DNA of 36,551 nucleotides from a virus, in IMG/VR virus record IMGVR_UViG_3300023313_000018, positions 1-36,551 of that record. One strand, 5' to 3'. Shown piece by piece: positions 24,308 to 33,854 of this stretch. The notes beneath the pieces were generated by a model. It worked only from the letters and a program-made list of their open reading frames with translations. It did no database searches and was not told where the DNA came from. Position 1 is the stretch's first letter; the number at the start of each line of letters is the position of its first letter. The translations under genes were made by a program, and so were the position numbers.

Positions 24308-26751
24308 CTTGTAGAAACTCCCTTACTTATTTCGCATAATTCAACCCAGGTCTTATCTAGCCCATTATTTCCATAAGTAGTTATTGATGTGTCTTTTCTC
24401 CCAATCAAAGTGGTAGCTGTAGCTGTAAATACTGGGGTGGATATATACTGATTAATTTGCCCCGTTGTCTGATTAAATGCTTGTCCTTGAGTAACCGAAT
24501 TATGGATAAACCTAAAAACATTACCTTGATCGTGGAGTAAAATTCCCCTCGCCCTGTACCTTGCACCAATTGTAAGGCCTGTAAAACTTAATTCTGCAAC
24601 ATCACCAAATACAGATATATTCGCACTTAGCGTCTTAGTTTGGCAGTCTCCAAATGTACCAATAATAGTTCCGTTTATTGGTTGCTCTGTTATCTCTAGA
24701 TGTGTGTTTCCAAAATTAGTCAGTATAGCATTACCGCCAGAGTTTTGAAAAATATGGACTTGAATAGTCCCACCTGTGCTTAGGCATATATGTGAAGAAC
24801 CAGAACCTCCAGCCTCACCAAAGGTAGATGTAGAACCAGATTGAAGTATAAATCCGTTTATATCTGAAACGTATGAAAATACAGATGATGGTGATGAAAA
24901 ACGATGCCCAGCAGAAACTAAGTAACACGCATCTTTAGGTGACGTAAAAATACCAGTAGAATTATCGTAAGAATTGTAATTATCTTCTGACTCAATGTTG
25001 TATATTATTGTTGTTGTTACATTGTTAGGAATTACTTGAGAAGAATTAATTGTAGCCTTTACTTTTAACAGTGTACTTTTAGATATGACTACATTCGTCC
25101 CACTTGAAAAACCTAGTGCAGAATAGCTAAAATCAACAAATAGTTCATCACTAGCACCCCAAGTAAAGGGTTGGGTTGCATTGTAGGGGTCTTTTCCTGT
25201 TGAGGCAAAATAAACGGAGTTGACTGAAGAGGCATTTCCTATTATCTCCCCCCCATTTTGAACTCCTATACCTCCAAGGTCATAAGCCCTAACACTACCC
25301 TTCAATCTTGCAAAATCGTTAGGTCGCCCCTCTTTTGAATAGTCTATATTACTTGGTAGGGATACTATTAATTTTCCTGTAAAAGAACCCCCTGTACCTA
25401 GTTTGATATATCCTTTTATGTGTTGTTGATCCCCAACAATCTTCTTAAAAAATCTAGTAATACCTCCAGTACCTAGAGCTAAATTTGTAAAAGTGGGTGT
25501 GTAACTTTGCCAGTCACTAATAGCCGCTAGATTCTTAATTATTGGGTCTTCTATGAAAGGATAAATCTTAAAATAATCAAAGTTGATACTATATACAGTT
25601 AATTCAGTGGTAACTTGAGTTATTCTAATTTGATAATCTGTAATTACCGAGTCGGCTATGAAAGTCATTAAATGCCTTCCATCCCCACTAGGTATCGATG
25701 CTAAGTCAGTTACCGTAGCGACTGGCGTTCCAAGAGGGTCTTGAATGACTTCAATTTTCATAGAGCCATTATTATAAGCGACGGGTGCAGAATAATCGAA
25801 CTCAATAGCTATCTTGTGACCTAAATCCGCATTGTCTAATGTGAAGACGGGTGATTTCACCGATTGATTTTGAGCGTTTATCGCACCTTTTGACAATCTA
25901 AGATAGGCACTTCCTCTCATAGTAGAGGCTTGTGGATTCAAAGCCGCAAGGGAGGTATCCCCAGCCCAACCCCCTAGAGAAGTCTCAAAGTCAGAAGCAT
26001 CGCCTACTAGGTAATTAAACTCTCCCGTGCCGCCACTTCCAGCTAAAGCACCCCATACAGTTCCATCATAAATGTTCATTTGTAGCGTATCGAGATTATA
26101 AATTAAATCCCCTGAGATAGGAGCGGCAATTGCGTCACGTTGTGCTGCGGTCATTGATGGTGCAGGGTGGGAACTATCTGTTGTTGAGGTTGCTACTAAT
26201 TGGCCTGTGAAAGTTTTAACCCCTGCGATAGATTGAGCTGTTGTTAAGTCTACAAAGTTTTGAGTGGCACTCCCCGTCCCTCCGTTTACGATTGGCAATA
26301 TTGTTATAGCACTTTGCTTATTGTTAAAAGTATTCCAATCTGTAGAACTTAAGTATCCGTCCGTTGTCGTATTAGATTGTTGAATACTAAATGTTCTATC
26401 AGCACTTAAATCCCCAGATGCAACACCGTCTATGAATAGTGGCGATGTCATAGTGAATATTCGAGATAATGGAGTCTTAGAATCTAGTTGAGTTTGTATA
26501 GAAGATGTTACGCCAGAGACATAACCTAGCTCTACATTAGTCACGGCACTTTCTTCTAATTCTTTTAATGCCCCTGACTGTAGTGCCTTTCCACCTGTTA
26601 AGCTATTAACTTTTACGGATGATATGGGGTTGAGTATTATATCAACGCCTGTATTGTTATTGATTTGATCAATTTGTTTAACTGTATTGTTTCCAAAGCC
26701 AAATATAATGCTAGGGATGAATGCAAGTGTGAAAACTATAATTTTTAACAT
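24301..26751 (-). CDS. Tail fibre / receptor-binding-like protein (816 aa)
   Basis: Fibre-type motifs are present (VELGYVSGVTSSIQTQLDSK, TDGYLSSTDWNTFNNK). The C-terminal part is long, Gly/Ser/Thr-rich and beta-like. The N-terminus is unusually hydrophobic. Confidence 0.65.
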   Translation of the reverse strand: MLKIIVFTLAFIPSIIFGFGNNTVKQIDQINNNTGVDIILNPISSVKVNSLTGGKALQSGALKELEESAVTNVELGYVSGVTSSIQTQLDSKTPLSRIFTMTSPLFIDGVASGDLSADRTFSIQQSNTTTDGYLSSTDWNTFNNKQSAITILPIVNGGTGSATQNFVDLTTAQSIAGVKTFTGQLVATSTTDSSHPAPSMTAAQRDAIAAPISGDLIYNLDTLQMNIYDGTVWGALAGSGGTGEFNYLVGDASDFETSLGGWAGDTSLAALNPQASTMRGSAYLRLSKGAINAQNQSVKSPVFTLDNADLGHKIAIEFDYSAPVAYNNGSMKIEVIQDPLGTPVATVTDLASIPSGDGRHLMTFIADSVITDYQIRITQVTTELTVYSINFDYFKIYPFIEDPIIKNLAAISDWQSYTPTFTNLALGTGGITRFFKKIVGDQQHIKGYIKLGTGGSFTGKLIVSLPSNIDYSKEGRPNDFARLKGSVRAYDLGGIGVQNGGEIIGNASSVNSVYFASTGKDPYNATQPFTWGASDELFVDFSYSALGFSSGTNVVISKSTLLKVKATINSSQVIPNNVTTTIIYNIESEDNYNSYDNSTGIFTSPKDACYLVSAGHRFSSPSSVFSYVSDINGFILQSGSTSTFGEAGGSGSSHICLSTGGTIQVHIFQNSGGNAILTNFGNTHLEITEQPINGTIIGTFGDCQTKTLSANISVFGDVAELSFTGLTIGARYRARGILLHDQGNVFRFIHNSVTQGQAFNQTTGQINQYISTPVFTATATTLIGRKDTSITTYGNNGLDKTWVELCEISKGVSTRW

Positions 26752-27242
26752 TAGAAATTCCTTGTTACTTCAATATATCTTTTAATTTCGTCATTGTAGA
26801 GTAGTTCTAATATATACCCTTTCTTAAGTGTTGCATCCCCGTTCAATAACAACCCAAAATTGATATCGTTATGTAGAAACCCAACTGTGAAAGAGTCATC
26901 ATGCCCAACTAATGTTATTCTAGTCCCATCAACCACGGATATAGATGATCCGAAAGGCAAAGCGTTCATTACTATAGGTGCAGACGTTCCAATCAATCTG
27001 AACTCTTGATCCATACTCATAGCGTTGGGGGTAAGTGTGTCACCATTTACTTTATTTGATTGTGGGAATATTACTTTTAATAGAGTGTTAATTGCTAGTT
27101 GTAAGTTAGAAACAGATGGGCCACTCAATGGGTCGGTGTTGTTTAATGACACTTTACCGATAGTTCCGTCATCTATCGTCTTATCTAAAAAAGTATTGTT
27201 AGCTGTATTAGAGCTAAGTAAGCTGTTTAAAATTATTGGCAT
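26751..27242 (-). CDS. Hypothetical tail protein (163 aa)
   Basis: Track ORF between the distal tail protein and the fibre gene, with overlapping stop and start codons. Confidence 0.6.
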   Translation of the reverse strand: MPIILNSLLSSNTANNTFLDKTIDDGTIGKVSLNNTDPLSGPSVSNLQLAINTLLKVIFPQSNKVNGDTLTPNAMSMDQEFRLIGTSAPIVMNALPFGSSISVVDGTRITLVGHDDSFTVGFLHNDINFGLLLNGDATLKKGYILELLYNDEIKRYIEVTRNF

Positions 27243-28006
27243 TAAAGCCCCCTAAAAATGAGATTCCCAGATTCATAGTAACCAAATAACTTTTTACTGA
27301 AAAGTTCTTTTATTTTGAAGTTAACCCCATCTTTTGACTCTCTCGTGGATTCCAATAGGCACTTTTTAAAGGTATTGGGTGTCAATGTATCGGGAATAAA
27401 TTCAATCGGTGCTTTCCCTATACAGTAGTTCATGAATTTTCTAAATTCTGAGACTGCATTTGCATTTGATATGATTGATAGTTGGGGGGTTATATCTGTA
27501 ATAGGTGTTATGTTGCACTCCATGAATTTAACACTGCCATAAGATACAACTTCCACGGCCCCCGTTGCTGTTTGTCTTATTGTTGAATTTGTAGTCTTAA
27601 CATTATCATCAAAATCAACAAATCTTTGTAGTATATTTTGAGGGGTGTATAGTGATCCTGAAGGATAGTCACCTATATTAATAAGATTTAGCACCGTATC
27701 TGTGCTAAATCCGACGAGTGGGAGTGCAGATGTTGCGGTATTAGTTCCACTGACTGGCAATAGTTTAAACGTTGAGGGTGCTGATATAGATATAACTCTC
27801 GTCGATCTATCTAATGAAATGGAATATTCTTGACTCCCAACCGCATTAATGGCTTTAGACACTTCAATAGCAAAATCTTGTAAGCTATAACTTCCTACAT
27901 TTAATTTAGCTGTTAATTCCCCTACACCCTCGTCAAAGTCGATAGTTAAATTCCCATCTGTTATCGTGTGACCATAAGTGAATGCTGAGTATGTTTTTAT
28001 TCCCAT
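27242..28006 (-). CDS. Distal tail protein (Dit-like, by position)
   Basis: 254-aa ORF immediately after the tape measure gene, which is the usual Dit position and size in siphoviruses. Confidence 0.5.
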   Translation of the reverse strand: MGIKTYSAFTYGHTITDGNLTIDFDEGVGELTAKLNVGSYSLQDFAIEVSKAINAVGSQEYSISLDRSTRVISISAPSTFKLLPVSGTNTATSALPLVGFSTDTVLNLINIGDYPSGSLYTPQNILQRFVDFDDNVKTTNSTIRQTATGAVEVVSYGSVKFMECNITPITDITPQLSIISNANAVSEFRKFMNYCIGKAPIEFIPDTLTPNTFKKCLLESTRESKDGVNFKIKELFSKKLFGYYESGNLIFRGL

Positions 28007-30258
28007 TATGCAACCCTACTATTTACTTGAATTATTCCATTTTTTTGATTTACTTCATTTAATGTGTTTTGGATAAACGCACCTAGCTCTTCTTGTTGTA
28101 CTAGACTTCCTTGCACTGTGATGTTTACTTGAGATGATGTTTTTCTCTCTATTGCTTGAGGGGTGACTAGATTCTCATTAGCCTTATTAGCTCCAGATGC
28201 TCCAGATGAAGTAGAACCCCCACCTCCACCAGACGATCCACCACCAAGTAAGCCACCTAACAATTTCAAAGCTGAACCACCTGCAATTTCTGCGGCCCCT
28301 CCTGGGAAACCCCCAGCTACTTTGGCTATACCATCCTTGATATAGAAGTCACCTATTGAACTTGCTAGATTTCCAAATGTTTTTTCAACTGCATCTGCAA
28401 ATGATGCGAGAGCATCACCGCCATTTCTTATTGAAGCACCAACCGATGTGAATGCATTCCCTATCCCTGCGGCTAAAACGTTGTTAGTTGTCTTTGCTAT
28501 TTGACCTGCGGTTATTTTAGTATTTTTACCCAACACCTTAAATGCATCTGCAATACCTTGAGTTGAGGCTTGAGCATTTAGAACTCTTTGATCTAGTAAT
28601 GCTTTTTCTTGTGTTGCAAATGTACCTTGTACAACTGCTATACGGGAAAGTATCTCTCCCTCTAATTGAGGCTCTGTTTCTAGTAGTTGATTTAAAATTG
28701 CAAGCTTTGCATCTCTTTGACTTTCTAATTGCTGTATTCGTGTAAGTCCAATATTCTTTAACTTCTCAGCTAACCCTTGAGCAGATAGTGCAACCTTTTC
28801 ATCCCCTGCAATTATCTTTTTAACTTTCTCGTCAGATGAGCTAGCCTCAGCTTCATTTATTGCTTTTTTCTCAGCTAGTAGTTTTTTTGATTGAGATAAA
28901 AAAGATGAAAGTCTATTTTCAAGCTTAGTTATAGATTTATCTGGATTATTTGTTCTAAAAAAAGTTCCTATTTTATCCAGGAAGCTATTGCTTTTGAATT
29001 GTTTTAATGTGGATTTTACGTTGGCTATTTTCTCAGATAGTGTGACTAATTCGTCCCCTATCTCTTGTGCCCTTGTCTTTGACTTATTTCCTATAGCATC
29101 ATTTATTGCAGCCCCGACTGTTCTTAGCTTACTAACAACCTCTGTAATTGCTGGAGCTACTAGGGACAATAAGTTACGTCCAAATAGGCTGAACTCTTGA
29201 TCAAGTTGCGATATTTGTATATCGAGTGATCCTTGCATTATATCAAAAGCTTTAGATGTATCACCCACTGAGTTTTTTGTAGCGTTTAATATTCTTTCAA
29301 AGTCTTTGAAATTGCCGTTAACGATATTTAGTACGGGTGCCAATGCTCTAATGTTACCAAAGAGTTTTGCTAATGATTGCTCATTACCTTTTGTTGCTAC
29401 TTGAACACTTTTTAAAAATCCTGCAAATCCTTTAGATTGAATCGCAGATTTATTGAACTCAAGGCCTAATCTCTTGGCTTCATCGGATGCTTCTTTTGAT
29501 GGTTTTATAATTGATGCAAAGACTTGTCTTAAACCTGTCACTGCAACGTCTGTTTTAATTCCTGACTTAGTTACAAAGGCCAACGATCCTGCTAGTTCTT
29601 CATACTTAACACCTGCATTTGCCGCTATCGAAGTAGTGTTACCTAGTGAACTCGCTAATTCCCCAAATGTAGTTTGTCCTTCCCTAACGGTGGCGAATAA
29701 TATGTCAGATGCACGTTGTGCAGTTAGTCCCGACTTTGCATAGGCGTTGACTGAGGATACCAACACACTTGCAGATGAATCTATATCCACTAACCCTGCA
29801 ACCGCAGCTTTATTTGCTATGGATAAGGTTTGTAGTTGTTTCGCTGTACCCTTAACACCTGCCGAAACTACATTATAAAATGCTTTAGCTTGTGATTGAG
29901 CAGATGATCCGAATTGGACAGAGAAATCTTGTAATGTGTTTATTGAGGCTTGTGTTAGCTTCTGATTCTTAGGTAAAAGGGTATTTACCTCAGCTAACCC
30001 TTTCCCGAACTTTCTAAAATCGTTAAATGATTCATTTGCAAATTGAACAGCTTTTCCAACGGCCCTAAATGCTAGGGAAAGTCCAATTGCTTGCTTTGCT
30101 ATTGATCCAATACCAATAGATACCTGTTCACTGAACCCTTTACTTAATTCTTTTCCTGCTTTTTTACCAGACTTTGCAGATTTTCCCTCTAATTTCTTTA
30201 ATGCTTTTTCAGCCTTATCGAGTCTAAAAAGAACATCTACATGAATATTATTGGCCAT
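28006..30258 (-). CDS. Tail tape measure protein
   Basis: 750 aa, Ala/Lys/Gln-rich and helical with a Gly-rich C-terminal stretch. It lies directly downstream of the G/GT chaperone pair. Confidence 0.85.
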   Translation of the reverse strand: MANNIHVDVLFRLDKAEKALKKLEGKSAKSGKKAGKELSKGFSEQVSIGIGSIAKQAIGLSLAFRAVGKAVQFANESFNDFRKFGKGLAEVNTLLPKNQKLTQASINTLQDFSVQFGSSAQSQAKAFYNVVSAGVKGTAKQLQTLSIANKAAVAGLVDIDSSASVLVSSVNAYAKSGLTAQRASDILFATVREGQTTFGELASSLGNTTSIAANAGVKYEELAGSLAFVTKSGIKTDVAVTGLRQVFASIIKPSKEASDEAKRLGLEFNKSAIQSKGFAGFLKSVQVATKGNEQSLAKLFGNIRALAPVLNIVNGNFKDFERILNATKNSVGDTSKAFDIMQGSLDIQISQLDQEFSLFGRNLLSLVAPAITEVVSKLRTVGAAINDAIGNKSKTRAQEIGDELVTLSEKIANVKSTLKQFKSNSFLDKIGTFFRTNNPDKSITKLENRLSSFLSQSKKLLAEKKAINEAEASSSDEKVKKIIAGDEKVALSAQGLAEKLKNIGLTRIQQLESQRDAKLAILNQLLETEPQLEGEILSRIAVVQGTFATQEKALLDQRVLNAQASTQGIADAFKVLGKNTKITAGQIAKTTNNVLAAGIGNAFTSVGASIRNGGDALASFADAVEKTFGNLASSIGDFYIKDGIAKVAGGFPGGAAEIAGGSALKLLGGLLGGGSSGGGGGSTSSGASGANKANENLVTPQAIERKTSSQVNITVQGSLVQQEELGAFIQNTLNEVNQKNGIIQVNSRVA

Positions 30259-30259
30259 C

Positions 30260-30861
30260 TCAATCCTTGATGTAATCTGATATATTCCCTACATCTATCC
30301 CCAGGTTACCAAGCTGATCACTTGTAACAATAGACTTTTCAAACTCTTTAGGGAACGCAATCTTATAAGTTTCCCTATGTATCTTGTCTCTACTCTTATC
30401 TTCCATGTGAGGATAAGCTGAAACATTAAATCCTTCCAACGCCTCTCTATTTTTAATCTGAGACATACCCAACTTTAACACATCAAACTCGTATTCACTT
30501 AAACCAAATACCTGTCTCAAGGTGTAAGCTGGATAGAACCTACATAACTCGCAGGCTATTAATTCGTAACTATCTAACTTTTTTTTTCAGTCAACACCAT
30601 TAGAACTAGTTCTAATTGATGCTCATCTTCCATGTCTCTAAATACTTTTTCAGGCAATCCAAGCTTAGACAAGAACTTAGCAGTGAGTTTATAATCCTCG
30701 TCACCTTTAAGTTCAGCACCGTTAGCTTTTTTCTCATTCAACTCATCAATGCCATTGATATATTCTTGCTTTAAGATACCTGTAGGCTTCTTAACTTGAA
30801 ACTTCTCTCCATAAATATCAACATCAAAAACAGTTTTTCTAAATACTCTATTTGCAGCCAC
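30260..30861 (-). CDS. Tail assembly chaperone GT-type fusion product (via -1 frameshift)
   Basis: ORF 30574..30861 ends ACT GAA AAA AAA AGT TAG. I translated the -1 frame by hand and it is open from the A run (K L D S Y E L I A C E L C R F Y P A Y T L R Q V F G...) into track ORF 30260..30520. Confidence 0.75.
30574..30861 (-). CDS. Tail assembly chaperone (G-type, zero-frame product)
   Basis: 95 aa with a GTG start, lying between the tail tube and tape measure genes. Confidence 0.75.
   Translation of the reverse strand: MAANRVFRKTVFDVDIYGEKFQVKKPTGILKQEYINGIDELNEKKANGAELKGDEDYKLTAKFLSKLGLPEKVFRDMEDEHQLELVLMVLTEKKS
30579..30587 (-). promoter_or_regulatory. Slippery A9 run for -1 programmed frameshift
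   Basis: T9 on the plus strand equals A9 in the mRNA. It contains A AAA AAA in the zero frame, two codons before the TAG. Confidence 0.7.
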
Positions 30862-30880
30862 TTTCGTTCCTGGGTATTGA

Positions 30881-30896
30881 GGGCGTGTTCACGCCC
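30881..30896 (-). terminator. GC-rich hairpin after the tail tube gene
   Basis: GGGCGTG-TT-CACGCCC forms a 7-bp GC-rich stem in an AT-rich intergenic gap. No clear U-tract follows on the sense strand, so it may be an attenuator or stabiliser rather than a full terminator. Confidence 0.35.
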
Positions 30897-30913
30897 CTAG
30901 TTAGTAATTCGTA

Positions 30914-31819
30914 TTATAATAGACTGTGATCTCCACGAGCAAAGATATTTATTTTTGCTGGCTTGTTTCTATCTGGAAGCCCTGTGAAACTAAATGAAGC
31001 ACCTTGAGCGTCTTGTCCAGTATATGTAATATCGCTCATCGATGCAGGAGTTAGCCAAAGCACAACGTCTGAACTTCTATCTGAGTTTAAAAGTCTCTTT
31101 GGATGTCCTACAAGTTGACCTGCAAAGCTAAATGCTGATTTGTATAGTTTATCCGTTCCGTAGCCCACAAAATCATTGACACCACTAGTGAACTCATCAC
31201 CATAAGATTGACCGATTAATCGTTTCCAATTTTCTGTAGTCATTTCAGCAAGTGTCATCTCAATCGTATATGTTGCACCTTTTGATATTAAATCTTGAGC
31301 GATATCACCTTCATCGTCTCTAGTAATTGTTACGACTGATTGCTCAGATGTAAAAGTAGCACCACCAGAGGCAACCGCTCCAAGCTCTCCACCCTTTCCA
31401 ATTGATAGTACAGCCGCAACTAGTGAAGGTGCATTAGTCGCTACTTCACTTGTTATGACTCCTAAGAATTTATTTTCTATTTGAACGCTACCGGCACCAA
31501 GATCGACTGGAAGTACACTTACACTTCCTAGTATAGTTACTAGCAACCCTGCTAAAGTCTCTTTAGTGTCGTTTGCTGTATAGATTAGCTGTAAGCCTGT
31601 TTTTCCTGCGATAAGTGGATCAACACCCGTTCCAGAATCCAGCCAAATATAATACTGTTTTTCTGTATAATTCTCATCAATTACATTTAGGTCAAAATAC
31701 TCATTTTCTAGTGAACCAGCTACATCGTTAACAAAGGTGATGCTTCGGCAGTTTCTTTTCCCATAGTACCATGTCATGGCCTCTAGTACTTGATTTGATT
31801 GTTTTGCTACGGTTCCCAT
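30914..31819 (-). CDS. Major tail (tube) protein
   Basis: 301-aa ORF immediately upstream of the G/GT and tape measure genes, which is the canonical order. A good SD (AAGGAAGGA) precedes it. Confidence 0.7.
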   Translation of the reverse strand: MGTVAKQSNQVLEAMTWYYGKRNCRSITFVNDVAGSLENEYFDLNVIDENYTEKQYYIWLDSGTGVDPLIAGKTGLQLIYTANDTKETLAGLLVTILGSVSVLPVDLGAGSVQIENKFLGVITSEVATNAPSLVAAVLSIGKGGELGAVASGGATFTSEQSVVTITRDDEGDIAQDLISKGATYTIEMTLAEMTTENWKRLIGQSYGDEFTSGVNDFVGYGTDKLYKSAFSFAGQLVGHPKRLLNSDRSSDVVLWLTPASMSDITYTGQDAQGASFSFTGLPDRNKPAKINIFARGDHSLL

Positions 31820-31835
31820 AATTTATCCTTCCTTG

Positions 31836-32255
31836 TTAGTTTAGAGTGTAGTTTAAAGTTACTTTAAAGTTTAAACGTATTTTAATAGAGTTGTCATTGG
31901 TACTGTCTTCTATAGGGGTTGCACTATTAAACTCTATGTCATTTAGTATTGTGTTGTAATTCACCCTACATATTAGATTATTCTTTATAAGGATCGCTTT
32001 GTCATATATTGAATCAAAAATTGTTAACATATCTCGCCCGTCGAGTGAAAAAATGTCTAGGTTAATATCATATATCTCAAAATGACTGTTTCCATCTCTA
32101 CTTCCCGTGCAGTCACCTATTATTAGATTATAATATTTGTCAGCCCTTGTTGTAGTTTGGTCATTGTTTCCAAATAGGTCATCACTCCATGCAAGTAATA
32201 GGGGGTCAACAACCTTGATCTGAGTATCGAAATATGATCTAATCGTAGATATCAT
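31836..32255 (-). CDS. Neck / tail-terminator-position protein (139 aa, hypothetical)
   Basis: Called from its position directly upstream of the tube gene, with an ATGA overlap to the upstream gene. Confidence 0.5.
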   Translation of the reverse strand: MISTIRSYFDTQIKVVDPLLLAWSDDLFGNNDQTTTRADKYYNLIIGDCTGSRDGNSHFEIYDINLDIFSLDGRDMLTIFDSIYDKAILIKNNLICRVNYNTILNDIEFNSATPIEDSTNDNSIKIRLNFKVTLNYTLN

Positions 32256-33043
32256 ACTCTTACAATCTCAGCATTATTTAGGATTAAGTCATCTTGCTGT
32301 ACATTGTCCCCATCGTCGTTTTGATCTATCGACATTATCCACAACTTAAAAGCCCTTGAAAACATACTCTTATAATCTCTAAATTTTAGATATGATTTAT
32401 CCTCATTATTGACAGAAATATCGAAGTATATTTTTGAGAGTGTAAGGTACTTAGATGCTTGTCTAATTTCTCCTATGTCTAGTATATCCCACTTAGTTAT
32501 GTTTTTAATTAGATTATCAACGAATTTTGTATTTCCACCATTTCTCAAGGTTTGGATTATTTCGTTTCTAGCTGAGACATGATACGCTATGAATGATGTA
32601 TCCCCTTTAGCTAAATCCCTGCTTATACCTCTTGATTCTTGCATCAAGTCGTTATCATCACTAAAGACAATATTAATTCCACTAAAGACGGGAGCTATAT
32701 CTAAATCACTTGTTAACTCTAACCAGTAAGCTGATATACCGTTTATTGTCTCTACAGCCCAATTTGTAGGCTTGTCCCATTGTATAAATCCCGATCTGCT
32801 AAATGATTTGGTGTCATCACTAGTTGTTAAGATATTACTATTTGTCTTAATTGTAATAGCACTAATGGATGGGGTACTTATCTCTACATACATTGAATTG
32901 AATTTCTTATAGAGTCCGATGTAAATCTTATCAGTAGCAGCGACATAGTTTATAGTAAAGTCATCTCTAAGATAGTCTCTAGCATCAATAGAATGATCTA
33001 TAAAAGTTCCATTGCTACCATGTAATACCATTAAATCTTTCAT
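32252..33043 (-). CDS. Hypothetical head-tail joining region protein (263 aa)
   Basis: Track ORF, called by position only. Confidence 0.55.
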   Translation of the reverse strand: MKDLMVLHGSNGTFIDHSIDARDYLRDDFTINYVAATDKIYIGLYKKFNSMYVEISTPSISAITIKTNSNILTTSDDTKSFSRSGFIQWDKPTNWAVETINGISAYWLELTSDLDIAPVFSGINIVFSDDNDLMQESRGISRDLAKGDTSFIAYHVSARNEIIQTLRNGGNTKFVDNLIKNITKWDILDIGEIRQASKYLTLSKIYFDISVNNEDKSYLKFRDYKSMFSRAFKLWIMSIDQNDDGDNVQQDDLILNNAEIVRV

Positions 33044-33051
33044 GCTAACCC

Positions 33052-33222
33052 CTATCTAAACCAGTGCCCCATCAAATACCCTAATAGTAATGGGATTGAT
33101 GGAGATTTATACTTACTTATAAATGTTATCTTTTCGCTTATTGTAGGTTTCTTAGTTAGCACTAGATACATGTCGTAAATGGCCCATATTACCATAGTTC
33201 CAATTATAAAAATTATTGTCAT
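33052..33222 (-). CDS. Small membrane protein (56 aa)
   Basis: Not in the track. Its ATG overlaps the TGA of 33219..33854 (ATGA). Hand translation gives MTIIFIIGTMVIWAIYDMYLVLTKKPTISEKITFISKYKSPSIPLLLGYLMGHWFR, ending in TAG at 33052. Confidence 0.55.
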   Translation of the reverse strand: MTIIFIIGTMVIWAIYDMYLVLTKKPTISEKITFISKYKSPSIPLLLGYLMGHWFR

Positions 33223-33854
33223 ATTGTACCTATCACTTCATGAATATCACAATTCATATAAATTTCTTTTGATGCGTTTGTGTTGTTTGTGTACTCACAA
33301 TCTAGTACCATTCCTACAAATAAAGAACCTGCATATTTTGAAGTTTCATAGAAACTCCCATCTGTCATATATACATTAAACCCGAATTGATCTAGGGGAA
33401 CGTTAGTGGCTATTGATGCATCAAACTTACTATATGTATTTAGATTGTCATCTAAAATCTTAAAATTAACAGTGTCCCCCATTGTGGTATTTATAAGCCT
33501 AGCACCTTTGAATCTTGCTTCAACATAAGGGACAATTAATTGCAGGGTAGCTGTAGAGTTTGCTGGGATTATCGTGCTTACACCCGTAACTCTCTTATGT
33601 ATTACTCTTCCATCTGGTAACTTATTAGATGAAAAAGGTGATGACTCTACTTGTGCGGTCTCAGGATTCGCAACGGATTTTTTAACTCCTACATTGTAAA
33701 AGCTTCCTGTCGTTGGGTTAAATATGTAGTCATCTGTAGTTATGAATACTTCAAATGTTTCTACCTCTGTGAAAAGAGTAGTATCAAAGTTCATCTTTGC
33801 GACATTTAATTCTAATAATAGATTATCGGATTTTCTAACCTTAGCCCAAGCCAT
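33219..33854 (-). CDS. Hypothetical structural protein (211 aa)
   Basis: Track ORF; beta-rich. Confidence 0.6.
   Translation of the reverse strand: MAWAKVRKSDNLLLELNVAKMNFDTTLFTEVETFEVFITTDDYIFNPTTGSFYNVGVKKSVANPETAQVESSPFSSNKLPDGRVIHKRVTGVSTIIPANSTATLQLIVPYVEARFKGARLINTTMGDTVNFKILDDNLNTYSKFDASIATNVPLDQFGFNVYMTDGSFYETSKYAGSLFVGMVLDCEYTNNTNASKEIYMNCDIHEVIGTI

Noticed and set aside
28163-28345. Pro-rich plus-strand ORF
   Set aside because: It is the antisense reading of the Gly/Ser-rich C-terminal stretch of the tape measure gene. This is a compositional artefact.
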